A DNA stretch of 64,000 nt from Chrysomallon squamiferum (taxonomy: Eukaryota > Animalia > Mollusca). A program made the translations under genes and the position numbers. The notes beneath the pieces are model-generated. The model had not been told where the DNA came from. It saw only the letters and a program-made list of their open reading frames with translations, and ran no database searches. Positions 39,720 through 54,308 of this stretch are shown here, piece by piece. Each line of letters opens with the position of its first letter. Within the stretch, counting starts at the first letter, position 1. The stretch lies in NCBI GenBank assembly GCA_012295275.1, contig CM022675.1, positions 13,950,001-14,014,000 of the forward strand. The letters run 5' to 3'.

Positions 39720-40815
39720 AAAGTCAGCACAAATGTCAGTATCTAATTGTTTGTTAGTTTTTTGGTTTGAATCTTTATTTTATTCAGCATGCTTACTAAA
39801 AGTTCGTTTGAAAACTAAAGACGGTATCTTTACAGAAAAAGAAAAACTAATTTGACGATAAAAGAATAAATATATATATATATATATATATATATTTTTG
39901 GATAATGTCGGTTCTGTTGAGGACAAGAACCTGCCAGTAAATCAATTGATTTCCCTCTAAATGATTTCAATTTTAACACCATCCACTTATCAGAAGAACA
40001 AATATTATATTACTCAAACAGTGTTATTGTTTTTATTACTGTTTAAACAAGGTTATTGTATTAGCTTTTATTAATTACTTCGGTTTTTGTTTTGTTTATC
40101 TGTTTAAAAGATATTTATCTCTTGTTGTTATCACCACTACTATTATTAATAATAATACTGTTTTGTTGTTTTATGATGTATCTGATCCTGATATGTTTCC
40201 AGTACATTTTTCCTTGAATATTTTCTGGTAATTTTAATCTTTATATGTAATAACTGTTTTCGCTCTGTTAAAATACTTCAATTGAATACGCATTAAATTT
40301 GCATATTTCCTGACGTTCCATCGAAAACCAGTATTAACATATAATTTCAAAAATTAAACTCCATTTTTCCATTATCAACAAAAAATAAAAACAATTAAAA
40401 CAAATCAGCCCAAATGTCAGTAACTAATTGTTTATTACTTTTTTTATTTTGAATTTTTATTTTACTCGGGTATATTTACGGAAAACAAATTTTCATCGAT
40501 AACCCTAACCCAGTTATTTTTTTTATATTTTATTTTATTTTTTCATTATTATTATTATTATCAGAATTTTTTAACAAAATTTGGTATTAGCATTTATTAA
40601 TTACTTAGATTGTTTTGGTTTGTTTATATGTCTAAAACATAATTATCTGTTTGTTATTACTACTACTAATAATACTACTTTTTTGTTTTATGATATAACT
40701 AACACAGATATGCTTCCAGTATATTTTCCTTGAATATATGTTTAATAATTGTTGTGACTTTGTTCAGATATTTCCGTTTTTCAGTTGACAAAGCTTTAAA
40801 TTTGCATATTTGCTG
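39720..40815. repeat. Diverged tandem duplication (~39720-40310 and ~40400-40815)
   Basis: TCAGC(A/C)CAAATGTCAGTA..TAATTGTTT, TATTAGC.TTTATTAATTACTT, TTCCAGTA.ATTTTCCTTGAATAT and TAAATTTGCATATTT each occur twice in order. Confidence 0.7.
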
Positions 40816-40926
40816 ATGTTTTATCACATACAAATGTTTTTCTGTTTTCTTATGCGTTCCAATTTTCGAGAAATTCTGCCCGTGTCTGATAAACATCAAA
40901 CTGGCTTGGCACAAATATCAAATCTC

Positions 40927-40958
<32 letters not shown>

Positions 40959-41767
40959 GTTATATGTTGTCTGTATGCAGAAGAGAATGCAAGGGGTTAT
41001 TTAGTCTGCGAGATCCGTCCGTGCACGTGTACGACCGAACTGTATGAAGTTTTCACAGCTAAGTCGGGTCCTATGTCGTACTACGCAGTATGAATGCGCT
41101 GTAGCATAACCAGGAATTTCATTTCTTTCCGCTGATATCTTAAATCTTAAACAAAAACAGAAGGAAATGAAACAGATAGAATCCTTTAGAAACAAACCAC
41201 AACAAAGAAAAACAACAACAAAAAAAACATCATCAACAACAACAAAATATCCTGAAACAAAAATGCCCTTCAACTTTAAAAAAGCAACATAAATAAACAA
41301 AATAAAGTAATGACTTCAAAAATAAATAAATAAATAAGTTTTAAAATGTGAGTAGTTATAAATCAGTGGTGGTAATACGATGAAATATTTTTCTTTTTTT
41401 TTTTTTTTCTCACATAATTGTAATAGCTTTCGGATAGCTTGATGGAACAGATTTGTTACTGCACACACACAAAACAAAAAAAAAAACCAACCAACAAACA
41501 AACAAAACAGAAACAACTATAAAATATACAAATAAAAATAAAATAAATAAAATACAACGAAATAAAATTAGAAAGCAAAACAATGTATATAAGCGAATGT
41601 AGGTCACGTGAACAAACTTTCCTTTCGGACACTTTCTCTATTTTATATAAAAAAAAAAATCCCAAGTCCTTCGAAATCCTAGAAGATAACTGTTGCCCGA
41701 ATATCTGGGAAAAGAGTTAATTTGCCCAAATTCTGTCAAGATAATAACAAATAACACATAAAGAAAG

Positions 41768-41875
41768 TAATCGGGTATAATCGGGTACAAAGTTCACGCG
41801 ATTAAAATGGCGGCTTGTTGCTAAACGGTTGTCGCAAATTAAAACGAAAAGATTAGTAGGAGTTGATTAGTTAAT
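41768..41875 (+). promoter_or_regulatory. CpG promoter/exon 1, copy D
   Basis: CACGCGATTAAAATGGCGGCTTGTTG at ~41795-41820, essentially identical to the A1 core. Confidence 0.6.
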
Positions 41876-44247
41876 TGTTTCTATTTGGGAGGTAAGTGTA
41901 TACTTAATTTATCTCTTCATATTCAGTTTGATTTTGTATAATATATCACTGTATTTACATGTTATATTAATTATAGATTACGAGGGTGTGGTTTGTCACT
42001 CTCAAACACTGTGATACCGAGTCGAATGACAGTCGAATCTGTGGCTTTAACAAATGTTTTTAGCGTTACACAAAAATATTACATACCATTAAAATATTTA
42101 AAATATAAAAGTTAAATGTCAAGTTAATTATTACTTCTAATGGTTTACACATATCGTGTAATTAAAAGATAAATAAAAAAGAAATAATAATAAAATAAAA
42201 AAACAAAAACAAAAACAAACAAAACAAACAAAGATAGGCATATCAGTCAATTTACTTTGTTTAAAAAATCAGAAACGTCACATTAATGCACTTTTCATAC
42301 AGAGGTTATCCCTGTTATAATTGTTAATTACCGTGAAGACTGACGGAGACATGGCATTTTTGGTTTTATCAAATCCAAAATTTCTCAGAATCCTTAATTG
42401 AGAATAATGGCTTTCGAAGTCTGCCATTTTTGTCATCATTAAATTAAATTTTTAATTATTTTGATTCATTTTGATTTTGTTTTTTCTTTTATTTATTTAT
42501 TATTATTATTATTACATTCTAACAAAACATTATAAATTTGAAATTCTGCATTTCTAACATATTTAGTCACAATATTTATTATAGCATTTTAAGGTGTTTA
42601 AAATGACACAGGAAGATATTTAAAACAGAAACTGATGTAGATGTAAAAATCTTTAAACAGCATATCATAATTTTCTTTACACATGTAAGTTCATTGTTGA
42701 ATCTTAAATAATTAGTGGTAACATTTGATGTTTAACCGTAATCCTCTACAGAATACAATCTCGGCTAGTCTTGGAGCCCATTGTAGTTTTGATGGTGTGC
42801 ACATACTTATTAGGGACAGAAAAATGTCTATATTTATGTTATAGATCTAGGTGTAATACGTGGTATATCTGAAGAAGAAACATAGCTTTAACTGCGAAAC
42901 AAAAGTTATCTATCATCTGACCATTGTTGACATTTTCACTAGTGGGGCTAATAAAATCTGCAAGCAAAAATAAACCAATTTTAAAAATCAATTTATAACG
43001 AAACATACAGTGATTAATTTTTCCTTCGTATTTGTGCAATACTGTAGCTACTTGGACTCACAGATTAGTTTGTTCGGTTGTTTTGTTTAGTTTGTGATCT
43101 CAAAATTCTGCAAACAAAATACTAATCTATGTCTCAGAGCAGAAGACACAGTAATCGGAAAAAACCTGAAGTGTGCAGACTTGAATCCTATCAGGTCAGC
43201 CAGTGTGCTGTTATCAGCCTGGACGTAGCTACTAAACTGCATTGTTTACATGTAAGTCATTGAAGTATTTTACGTTTCTTTCACTTTAAAGTGTGTACTG
43301 ACAATTTCAAAGTTATAATGCTATTGGTGGAAATAAAGAATTAGTATGGTCTGTACACACACAGTTCTCTAATTTATACTGATAATAAATTAATAATTCA
43401 AAACGTTTTATGTCCTGTTTGTTTGATACATGAAAACTGTAGCTCATTTTAATAGAAATAACATACCAAATCAGGAACTTTGACGTCACAACTCTTGTTC
43501 TGGTGTATGGCTTATAGGCTCTAGCTAATGTTAGAACAGTGAAAACTGGCAGTTTAGCTTAATTAGTAAAGATTCATAAAGCTATGGTTAAAGAAAAGTC
43601 AGCCCCGCAAGGAAAAAAAAGAAAACAAAAACACAAATCAATCGGTAAACATTACCATTTAACTACAAAAATTCTTTGAAGTCTTCCTGCAGTTACACAT
43701 TATACAATAATCACTGGCCCATTGTTCTGCGTTTATCAACGGAAATAATCGCTTAAGGATTCCAGCAGCTCACGTTTCCAAAGGCTAATTTTTATTAAAT
43801 CAGTAGGCTTCGCCCGTGAAGGAAGCAGGAGAAAACAAAGGAATTAAAAAGTAAGTTTCCAGTCTCTTAGAAAGCTCAATTATTTGTATTTTGATACATG
43901 TGGGTGATACATGATACGGTTTTCACTTGCCTGTGGCTATTTTTACTTCCCAGGGTGATTGGCTATACATCAAGTGCACACACTCTGTGATTATGTGAGT
44001 GAATTTCTGTGTGCGTTTTTCTGTGTCTGTGTGCAAATGAAAGAAGAAGGATTATTGTTATTATTTGGAAGAAATCATTTTGCTTTCTTTTCCACAGTCG
44101 AGAGTGTACATTGATGTTTTGTGTCATGTTCTTTGTTTTCTAAACAAACAAAACATAACTTTGCCCTAAAAGTAATAAAAAATCGATTTCGGTCGATTTT
44201 CAATATTTGCTGATTTCCTTGTGGGATAATCTAGAATTCAGAAACAA

Positions 44248-44283
<36 letters not shown>

Positions 44284-44436
44284 AACAGAACCTAATATCA
44301 CAATTTAAAAACTAGAACAGACATTGTTTATTGTCATTATAATGTTTATAATAATATGTATTGAACTGAATGTAATATTAAGACTCTATAAGGCTAAGAT
44401 TTATATTAAGATTTGATATTTTACAGTTCCTTCAAT

Positions 44437-45232
44437 ATGGGTGATGAAAAAGAGGATTCAGGAGTTTATTCTAAAACCACAGCTGTCTCTACAGGTAACT
44501 CAGATGCTGTAAACCAGTCGCAGCCACAAATGTCTAGTATCATTTCTTGTGAAGGTAATTAATAACAAGGTCTTTTTCTACAACGTAGTTTATTATTTTG
44601 ATGGGCAGCTCTAAATTTTTCATTATGTTGTTTAATGTGAATTGGTTCTACTCGGACAAAGGACAAAGTTATTATTTATTTTTGTTGCTTTTTCTTTCAC
44701 TTTAAAGTGTGTACTGACAATTTCAAAGCTGTAATGCTATTGGTGGAAATAAATAATTATTATGGTCTGTACACACACAGTTCTCTAATTTATGCTGATA
44801 ATAAATTAACAATTCAAAACGTTTTATATTCTGTTTGTTTTATACATGAAAACTGTAAAACACACTAAGTAGTTTTGTATTTATTGGAACATCGAGCTGA
44901 TGTTAACTTAACAGACAGGGATAACAATTCTGTTTTACATCTTGCAGCTAAGTATGGAAAAAACAAATTGTGACAGCACTGACTGAAAAAGGTGTTGCTG
45001 TAAATATTAGAAACACTGAGGGTAAAACTCCTCTTTTTACAGCTGTGAATTCTCAACAGAACAAAGTAGTTTTGTATTTGCTGGAATATGGAGCTGATCC
45101 AAATTTAACAGATAGTGATAACAATTCTGTTTTACACATAGCAGCTAAACATGGGAATATAGAAATTGTGACAGCATTGATTAAAAAAGTGTTGATGTAA
45201 ATGTTATAAACAGTAGAGGTGAAACTGCTCTC
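44437..45232 (+). pseudogene. Copy D: exon 2 plus ~3-4 ankyrin repeats; exon 3 through NTPase deleted
   Basis: MGDEKEDSGVYSKTTAVS..CEG|GT (44437-44554). Intron 2 sequence breaks at ~44865 into ankyrin sequence (ORF 44970-45200 GKTPLFTAVNSQQNKVVLYLLEYGADPN). Confidence 0.85.
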
Positions 45233-45791
45233 TGTTCTAGTCTTTCAGTTTTTAACGAGACGAAGACAATTATATTTTAGAATTTTTATATTATTGCCGT
45301 TATTATAATTTTATTTATTTATTTATTTATTTATTTTATATTGTGTTATTATTATTGCTATCATTATTATCATCATTATCATCGTCCAGTTTATGTTTTG
45401 TTTCTTCATTTCCTTCATTAACCTACTGTCATTTTTTTCTTTTAATTATTTCTTTTGTTTTATTTCTTCAAACATAAATTATAGTTATTTATTTACTTAC
45501 ATTAGAAAACGTTTCACCTTCAATTAATTTTCTTGTCTAATTATTATAGTTTTCGGAGACTTTGATATAACATAACTCTTAATGTAGGCTCAAACAAATA
45601 AATAAATTAATTAATAATAATAATAATAAAACTTCGAATTGTAAAGAGATCGACTTCTAGATAATTGTAATATAATTAATAGAATAAATCAAATTAACAT
45701 TTTTATTTACCCATATTATATTTATTAAATTACTTTTTTTTTTCTTGATACGAATGCCTATAAATAAATAAATAAATAATTATAATCAATT

Positions 45792-45948
45792 TAATCGGGT
45801 GTAACCGGGTGCAATCACGGAAGTGTACGAAAGAATAATCTCGAGGACTCTCGCGCAATTTCAAAATGCGATTATAATGGCGTTGGTTGTAACGTGGCGG
45901 TTGCAGCTCAAATTAAAATGAAAAGACTTGTAGGAATTAGTTAGTTAA
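45792..45948 (+). promoter_or_regulatory. CpG promoter/exon 1, copy E
   Basis: CGGAAGTG at ~45818, ATAATGGCG at ~45874; paralog of copy B's promoter. Confidence 0.5.
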
Positions 45949-47280
45949 TTGTTTCTGTTTTTGACTTAACGGTATATGTAAGTTTTTCTTCATATTTAGT
46001 TTGATTTCTTAGAGTATGTCACTATACATGTTATATTAATTATAGGTCATGAGGCTGTGGTTTCTCACTTGGACACTGTGACCCAGAGTCGGCTGACGGT
46101 CGAGACTGTGGTTTAAAGAAGAATTTTTACCTTTACACGTAAATATTATATACCATTAATATATCTAAAATATAAAAGTTAAATATATACTTAATTATTA
46201 CTTCAATTATTTGCATATATTGTGTAACTAACAGATAAATATAGAAAATCGAAACGATAGGCAGATCAGTCAATTCACATTGCTCACAAAATCATGAACG
46301 TAACAGTATGCACTTTTCATACAGAGATTATCTCTGTTATATTTGTTAATAACGTGAAATTATCAGAATTTAAAGGATTGAACTGACATTTTTGTCCTCA
46401 TTGAATTAAATTTTAATTTATTTTTTAATTTTTTGGTTTTTCTTAAGTTAACGATTCACATGATATTTTAGTCCTAATATTTAGTATTTAATCGTAATAT
46501 TTATTATTAACTTGATTAAAACGGAACAAAAACTGATACAGATGTAAAAATCTTTAAACAGCACACCATAATTTTCTTTAAATTTTATTTTTTATAAATG
46601 TACCTTAATTTAAGTATTTTAAATAATTACATGTAACATGTTAACATTTTAAAATTCTTTCTTGATATTGTTTCTCTTTTTTTATTTATTTTTTATTTTT
46701 TTGGTTTTTGAAACTTTTAGCTGTACGATAATATCCAATTCAGAAAAGATATGTGTGTTTGTTTAACAGAACCTAATATCACAATTTAAAATACTAGCAC
46801 ATTTTTTTTCTTTTAAACATATTAAAAAGTGGTGCCTTTTTGTTGCGGTATTAGAAGCTATTGAATAAGTATTTCTTTTCTCAGTGTTCTTTTTCTTAAT
46901 TAAATTTGGTTTAATCAACTGGTTTTTAAATGTATTTGTAAAATGTGTAATTAATATAACCATGCAGATACATCAATCAGGTAAAAATGTAGCTCTGTTG
47001 TGAAATACTCTTTGTGTTTTGGTAAATACTTGTTAGATGTGCTGTGAGTATTTTCTGTTTTTGTTCCTTGTTTTTATGTTTTGTAAATTAGGTTTTGTAA
47101 ACTGTACCATTGCAAATAAAATTAAAGAAAAGATAAAGAATTAAAAAGAACTAGAACATTAATTAAAACTTATAAAGTTTTATTTTTTATTGTTAATAAA
47201 TATATCTATAGAAGATATGTAATATTAGCAAACTGTAAGGCTAAGATAGTATTAAAACTGATATTAACATTTCAGCCAAT

Positions 47281-50200
47281 ATGGATGATGAAAAAGAGAA
47301 TTTAGAAGTCCATTCTAAAACCACAGCTGTTTCTGACAACACCACAGTTCCATTCACTTGTAACTCAGATACTGTACAGCCTCAAGTGTCATGTATGACA
47401 TCTTGTGAAGGTAATTAATAAAACAGTATTTTTCTACAGTGTAGTTTACTGTTTTGATGGGCAGATCTAAACATACAAATTTATTATTAATATCTGTAAT
47501 AGTGCACCTTTTTTTTCAGTGTATTGTTTAATGTCAAACAGTTCTACTCTGACAAAGGACAAAGTTATTATTTATTTCTGTAGCTTTTATTTTCACTTTA
47601 AAATGTGTAATGACAATTTACAGGTTATAACACTATTGCAGCAAGTAGAAAAATTAGTTTGGTGTGTACACACACATTTGTCTGATTTATACTGATAATA
47701 AATTAATAATTTAAAGATTTTTATGTGCTTTTTGTTTGACATATGAAGACGGTAGAACAAAACACACTAATTACTGTTTGATCATGGCCATTGATATTAT
47801 TCTTGTATTTTTTTCATTTATTTTAATACTGTAAAGTAGTAGTTATTTCTTAGCACCTAAACATAATGAGTTAACAATATTAAACATTCTTTTTAAACAT
47901 ATATACTTAAGTTCAGTGATTAGATTTTGTTAATAATATATGCTGCAAATGTTTGTGTATAGAGATAATCTGTTTGTAATTTGTGGATTTATAGGTTTTC
48001 ATTTACTGTTTTAGAGATGCAACAAGAACACAGTCAGTGACAGAAAGAAAGTAAATATCAGCACAGTTCAGAATTACCACACACTATCTCATAACAAGAA
48101 TGCTGTATTTGGTAGATAACAGAACAGCACAGCCCGGTAATCATTAGTACTTTTCTGTCAGATTGTGATCTGAACAACATGCACATTTTCATTAACAAGT
48201 TATTAAACTTTACATTGTAGTTTTGATGGTGTGCATACCTTAGTGTTTTTAAAAGATCATCATAAATACTGAAATACTTCACAAATTATTGTTTTAATCT
48301 CCAGTCAGGGTTGAAATATCACACAAATTATTATCTCTCATAAATATTAAAATGCTATGCAAAGTGTCATCATTATCTCTAGTAAATATTGAAATACTGT
48401 GCAAAGTGTATATAAGACAACAAAAATCACTAAACAATCAGAGCAATAAATAAATAAATACACAATATCTTTTAGCAGCATCAACATGAGGTTCTGTTCA
48501 CACAGTGAATTTTCTTGTTGACCAGAGATATAATGATACAGATGAGAACAACTGGAAGAAAAGTCAAGTACTGAAAGTAGCATTGATATTTAACACAGCA
48601 GATGTTGTTCACTACTTGATAAAGGAGCTGATCCTAATACTTGTGTAGCTGTTGAAAGGATGTTGGTTGATTGTTTTAACATTGGCAATAAAAACTGATT
48701 ATAATCTGATTCAGTGCTCAACAGAGACCAGATTGAATCTATTGCCATCTGACTCACCTCTCCGCATTTCAGTTCTGCATGATGACTTAGAATTGGTGAA
48801 ATCATTGGTGAAAAGAAAGGCTGATATTAATGCAATGAACAGTGAGGGAAACATACAAACAGAACAAAGTAGTTTTGTATTTACTGGAACATGAAGCTGA
48901 TCCTAATTTAACACAGTGATAACAGTTCTGTTCTACCAACAGGAACTAAACAGTGAAATATAGAAATCGTCACAGGTCTGATAGAAAAAGGTGTTCATGA
49001 ACTCACAGCACTGAGTAAGAAAGGTGTTGATGTAAATACATTAAACAGTAGATGTAAAACTCCTCTTCTTAAAGCCTTGAATTGTCAACAGAACAAAGTA
49101 CTTTTGTATTTGCTGGAACATGTGGCTGATCCTAATTTAACACAGTGATAACAGTTCTGTTCTACCAACAGGAGCTAAACAGTGAAATATTGAAATCGTC
49201 ACAGGTCTGATAGAAAAAGGTGTTCATGAACTCACAGCACTGAGTAAGAAAGGTGTTGATGTAAATACATTAAACAGTAGATGTAAAACTCCTCTTCTTA
49301 AAGCCTTGAATTGTCTACAGAACAAAGTACTTTTGTATTGGAACATGGGGCTGATCCTAATTTAACAGACAGAGGTAACAGTTCTGTTTTACACATATCA
49401 GCTGAACATACAAACAATAGAAATTGTGACAGCACTGAGTAGAAAAGGTGTTGATGTAAATATTTTAAACAGTACAGGTAAAATTCCTCCTCTTACAGCT
49501 TGTGAACTACAAAGAGAACACAGTAATTCTGTATTTACAGGAACATGGAGCAGATCCTAATTTAACCAACAATGAAAATAGTTCTGCTTTACACCTAGCT
49601 GCAAAATGTGGGAAAATAGAAATTGTCTAAAACTCATAGAAAAAGTTGCTGATGAAATTTTAAAAACAATGAAACACCTCTTCTTACAGCTATGAACTAC
49701 AGATGGAGCTGATCCTAATTTAAGAGATAGATATAAGAATTGTGTTTTAATGATAGCAGCTACACATCAAACAATAGAAATGTCGACAGCACTTATTAAA
49801 AAATGTGCTGATGTAAATATTATAAAGACTAGAGGTGAAACTCCTCTTCATACACTGTGAACTATAAACAAAGCAAAATTGTTTATTATTTACTAGAACA
49901 TGGAGCTGATCCTAATTTAACAGACAGCAAAAAATATTCTGTTTTACACATAGCTTCTAAATTAGGGAATAAACAGAAATTGTGACAACCCTGATTAAAA
50001 AGGTGTTGATGTAAATATTAAAAAGAATGAAGGTAAAACTACAGCTATGAACTAGAAACAGAAGAAACTAGTTTCAGTTTACTGGAATATGAATTTGATC
50101 CTAATTTAGCAGACAAATATAACAATTCTGTTTTTCATCTAGCAGCGAAACATGAAAACCTAGAAATTGTAATATCACTGATTAAAAAGGTGTTAATAAA

Positions 50201-50325
50201 TATTAAGAACATTGGAGGTGAAATTTGTCTTCCTACAGCTCTGAAATTATTGTTGTGGCATTCATACATGAGTGATGAAGGTCCCAAAGGACTTTTTCTG
50301 TATCTGGAACATGGAGCTGATCATT
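47281..50325 (+). pseudogene. Copy E: NTPase-less paralog, duplicate of copy B
   Basis: ATG 47281 MDDEKENLEVHSK..; junction at ~48466; frameshifted ankyrin repeats, with ~190 bp more ankyrin sequence than B near 50010-50200. Confidence 0.85.
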
Positions 50326-51244
50326 AAATTTGCATGTTATATAATTAAACTAATGTTTAAATTTAAAATGAATATATGCATCATGGTATTTTTTCTTTAT
50401 TGATTTAAATATTATTATTGTTATTGTTACTGCTATAATTATTATTATTAGTATTATTATTATTTATTATTATTATTATTATTACATTTGCATCAAATTA
50501 ATGTTGACAAATCTCTTTATTTTTTCAGAATTTTTATGTATATTATTATTTTATTATATTTTATTATTATTTCTTCTGCTTTTTTTAACATTAATTTAAT
50601 ATTCATTCGCTTAATAGATTTGTTGTTTCAAATCATTATTGAATGATGCTTGTATGTTAAACTACATGCATAGTAAATAAATGCACTTGCTGAATTAAAC
50701 ATAATCTGTTTTGTGGCAAATCTGTGTCTTGGTCTTGCTGGAAAAGCGTCTCATTTTTTCCTGTGCTTTCAATATTTTTAATCTTTATTTTTGTTTATGT
50801 ATCTGTGTATTTATAGTTTAACTAACTGTCAGGATTTTGTCATTTTTTTTTTTTTTTAGTAGTAAAGGTGTATATTGAATGACCTGAAACTGATTAAATA
50901 TGAAGAACAAAGCACTGACGTAATTGTCTAGATTTTTGGTTAATGAGTGATAATAAAAAGTAAGAAGTAATTGTTAATACTTACTAGTTTGTTTCGAGTG
51001 TATTTTCTTATAAATTAAATATAGAATTCACATGAGAAATATCAATTAATAGTTTAGCAGTCACGACAGTAAGGAAATAAAAACTGATTTACAGAATCAT
51101 GAATGAGAAAACATTACAAAGTCTATTTGTTATAACTTTGTCATCAACTGAAAACTAAACGTGGATTTTGAGTTATTTTATTACGTCATTCACAATTGTT
51201 TCATTTAAGGAATTACCTGTTAGTCTTTGGATTGAGAGAAACAA

Positions 51245-51293
<49 letters not shown>

Positions 51294-51316
51294 GTTTTAT
51301 GATGAAATGTATCCAG

Positions 51317-51347
<31 letters not shown>

Positions 51348-52851
51348 CACTATGGATTTCTTATGATTTATTGCACCCACATAATTATATAAAATACAGT
51401 TATACTAACTGATACATTATTAACATACGTGTATGTGTTATAATTTTCTATAAAGTGTTAAATAAAGAATAAACGTGCTAATACTATTGAAAATAAAATA
51501 AATATTACTTACTATTTACACTAATAAGAATAATATTTATATGAAAGTGGAATTAAATAAGAAATGCACAAATTAAGTAGATTTCATTATTACTACTATC
51601 CTTTTTCTATACATTCGTAATGTGTATGTGTTAGATAAAGTGTAAGTACAGTAGTGCTTCATAATTTACACGCAACAAAATGTAAAGGAAGTTCTTGCAA
51701 AATACACGTTTCTTATAGAATAAAATGAAGAACTACTGCAGAAGCTTTTTCTTGAACTTTATCATTACATATTTCGATTCGACACATAAATATTATGTTT
51801 TCTTAAACGCTTTCCGTTTGTAAATTACGCATTTGTTCATTGTGAGAAAATATGTTATTCCATAAAATTTGTAATCACTATAATTAACAGAATGGTGTCA
51901 GAAGTTATTTCTCGCTCACTGCCTTGTTTCAGGATTCGACTGTTTCTTTTACCAAAAAACTCAACAAAAGAACATGATTGCTTATTTCCTCGCTTACGCG
52001 GTACAGGTAATAAGGAAGATCGATGAACTCTGCTTGTTCCCTGCCCTGTCTCGGTGCCATAGAAAGTGTGTTACACTTTCGCTTCCACCATAGTCTGCAA
52101 ATCGTTTTCCTGAAGTTGAAATGGTCATTTTCGTCTGTCTCATAGTTCGTTCAACCGTCTTGTCCTCGTCATTTTCACTTTCAAAGCCTCAAATAAATAT
52201 TCTTATCTCAAACAGTCGAAATGTACACAATCAAATTCTGAAAACATTGTTTGCTTATATTTTTTTTTATCTAGGTCGATAGAAATACGCGATGGTATAC
52301 ATTTGTTTATTAAATCATTTTCACTGAACAAATCAGATCAACAGCTAGGGACGTGACCTTCCCGTTTCTACCACGTGATCAAAATAGTTTACACTGCTAA
52401 GCATGAAAGGGTCTGCGTTCTAATCAAATTAAAGAGTTGAAAATATCAAAAAAATAATAAAAATTAAATGGCAATTGAAATAAAATAAAAATAAAAATCA
52501 ACAATACAAATAAAAAAACACCCGAAACAAACCAGTTATTTTCAGCCGTACAAGCCCAGAATAACAAAAAAAAAAAAAAAAAAAATAAAAATAAAAATAA
52601 GAAGAAGCAAAGAAGGAAAAATAAATAAAATAAAATAAGTAAATGAATATGCAAATGAAAATAAACACCAAGGTGCCTCCACACAAAAGAATTACTTGTA
52701 CACAAAAATTTAAGATGTGTAATAAACACATTAGGTATGAAGACCAAGGAAACTTTGAAATTAGTCTCACTGTTTAGTTATCTGTAGTGCATTTCTGTGT
52801 TTTCAAGTTATAATGGTGAGAGATTTACTGGCTTATCTGAGTCAGGTTGAA

Positions 52852-53118
52852 CTATATCAATAATTTATACTAGAAGGAAAATCTAGATAAGAGTGACAGC
52901 ACTTACAATTTGTGTGTCAATGTATGTTTTTATGTATTGTGTCTGTGTGTGCATGTGCATCATTCCATGTTGGTAATCTCACAGTGAATGACAGAACAGT
53001 ACTAATGACTACTGTGATGTGTATCATGTTATTTGTTAAACAGGTAGAGAAAAGAAAAGTTTTAGTTTTTAACTTGCAAGTTTTTATAACTTCATTTCCA
53101 AACACAACATTTCTGTTA
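52852..53118 (-). pseudogene. Inverted fragment of NLR-like exon 3 plus intron
   Basis: Reverse complement aligns with 54668-54930 and encodes NRNVVFGNEVIKT. Confidence 0.8.
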
Positions 53119-53126
53119 ATGGACTA

Positions 53127-53197
<71 letters not shown>

Positions 53198-54157
53198 TGA
53201 TTATGATGATGATAATAATATAGTAATAGTATTAATATGAAGAATACATTATATTTACTTCAGCGGACAATTAAAATAATTATTAGGAATAACTAATGTA
53301 ATTATTATATCAACTACAGAGGAAAAGATGTTACTTTGTATTAGTATTCTGATAATTAGTACATTTACTACGAAACTAAGATATAACTTAGAATAACTAT
53401 TGTGATAATTATTATATTTATTATAACTCTAATATAGTTAGTATATGTATTGTCATAATTATTACATTCACCAGAAAACTAAGGTATAAGTTAATACAAC
53501 TATTCTAATTGTTAATATATTTGCAATAAACTAGAGTATATCTATGGATGACTGTTGTGATAATTATTGTTTAGACATAATTTGGTACAGCAACTGAGGA
53601 AACATCCTTAAAAAGCTTTGTTAAAATTATCAGTTTATTGTTATAAAATGTTTCGAATAAACTGATTCTAATATGATGTAAGAGTAATTAATTACAACAA
53701 TATTGTTTTCACATCAGCAGTGTTGTGATAATTATGTTTTCATGACTATTTTTATATAACAATCTAACATCACTATTTAGAAAATGAGGACTTTTATTAA
53801 AACCTATTTAGATTCTATTATTTTATAAGGCATTTCAGGATTATATTTATGAAATAAAAGCTGAAAATGCAGTCGGAGCTGTTTTCACTTCAGCCAGTGC
53901 TCAACAACTGATACATGAAATAGTATGCACTGTTTGTGGGTAGACGTATATGAAATATCACTTGTTGTTAATGAGGAAAGAGTAGACCATGAAGTGATGA
54001 CAGAGGGTTTCTCTCTTATTTTTCTTTCTGTTCCCTGAATTTTCCTTATTCTTATGTCTGACCCCATATAACAGCAAATACAATGTATTGAATAAAACAT
54101 TTATTTTCTTTCCTCTACTTTAAAAATCATTAAATTATTTGTTACAGCTGAACCAAT

Positions 54158-54275
54158 ATGGATGACAGAAAAGAGAGTTAAACATTTTCATCTAATGTCA
54201 CAGAGGTTTCTTCCTCAGAAATTATAACAAAATTATTTATATCTGTAATAACGAAGTCTTTCAATTCTTGTTTAA

Positions 54276-54308
<33 letters not shown>

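Larger units (their letters stand above)
45479..52250. repeat. ~6.7-kb segmental duplication, unit 2 (partner 24098-30785)
   Basis: Collinear with unit 1, including the shared deletion junction and the 229-bp duplication. Confidence 0.92.

Noticed and set aside
43600-43870. Possible extra exon or TE fragment in copy D intron 1
   Set aside because: It is absent from copy A and ends in GTAAGT, but has no convincing ORF or motif; insufficient support.
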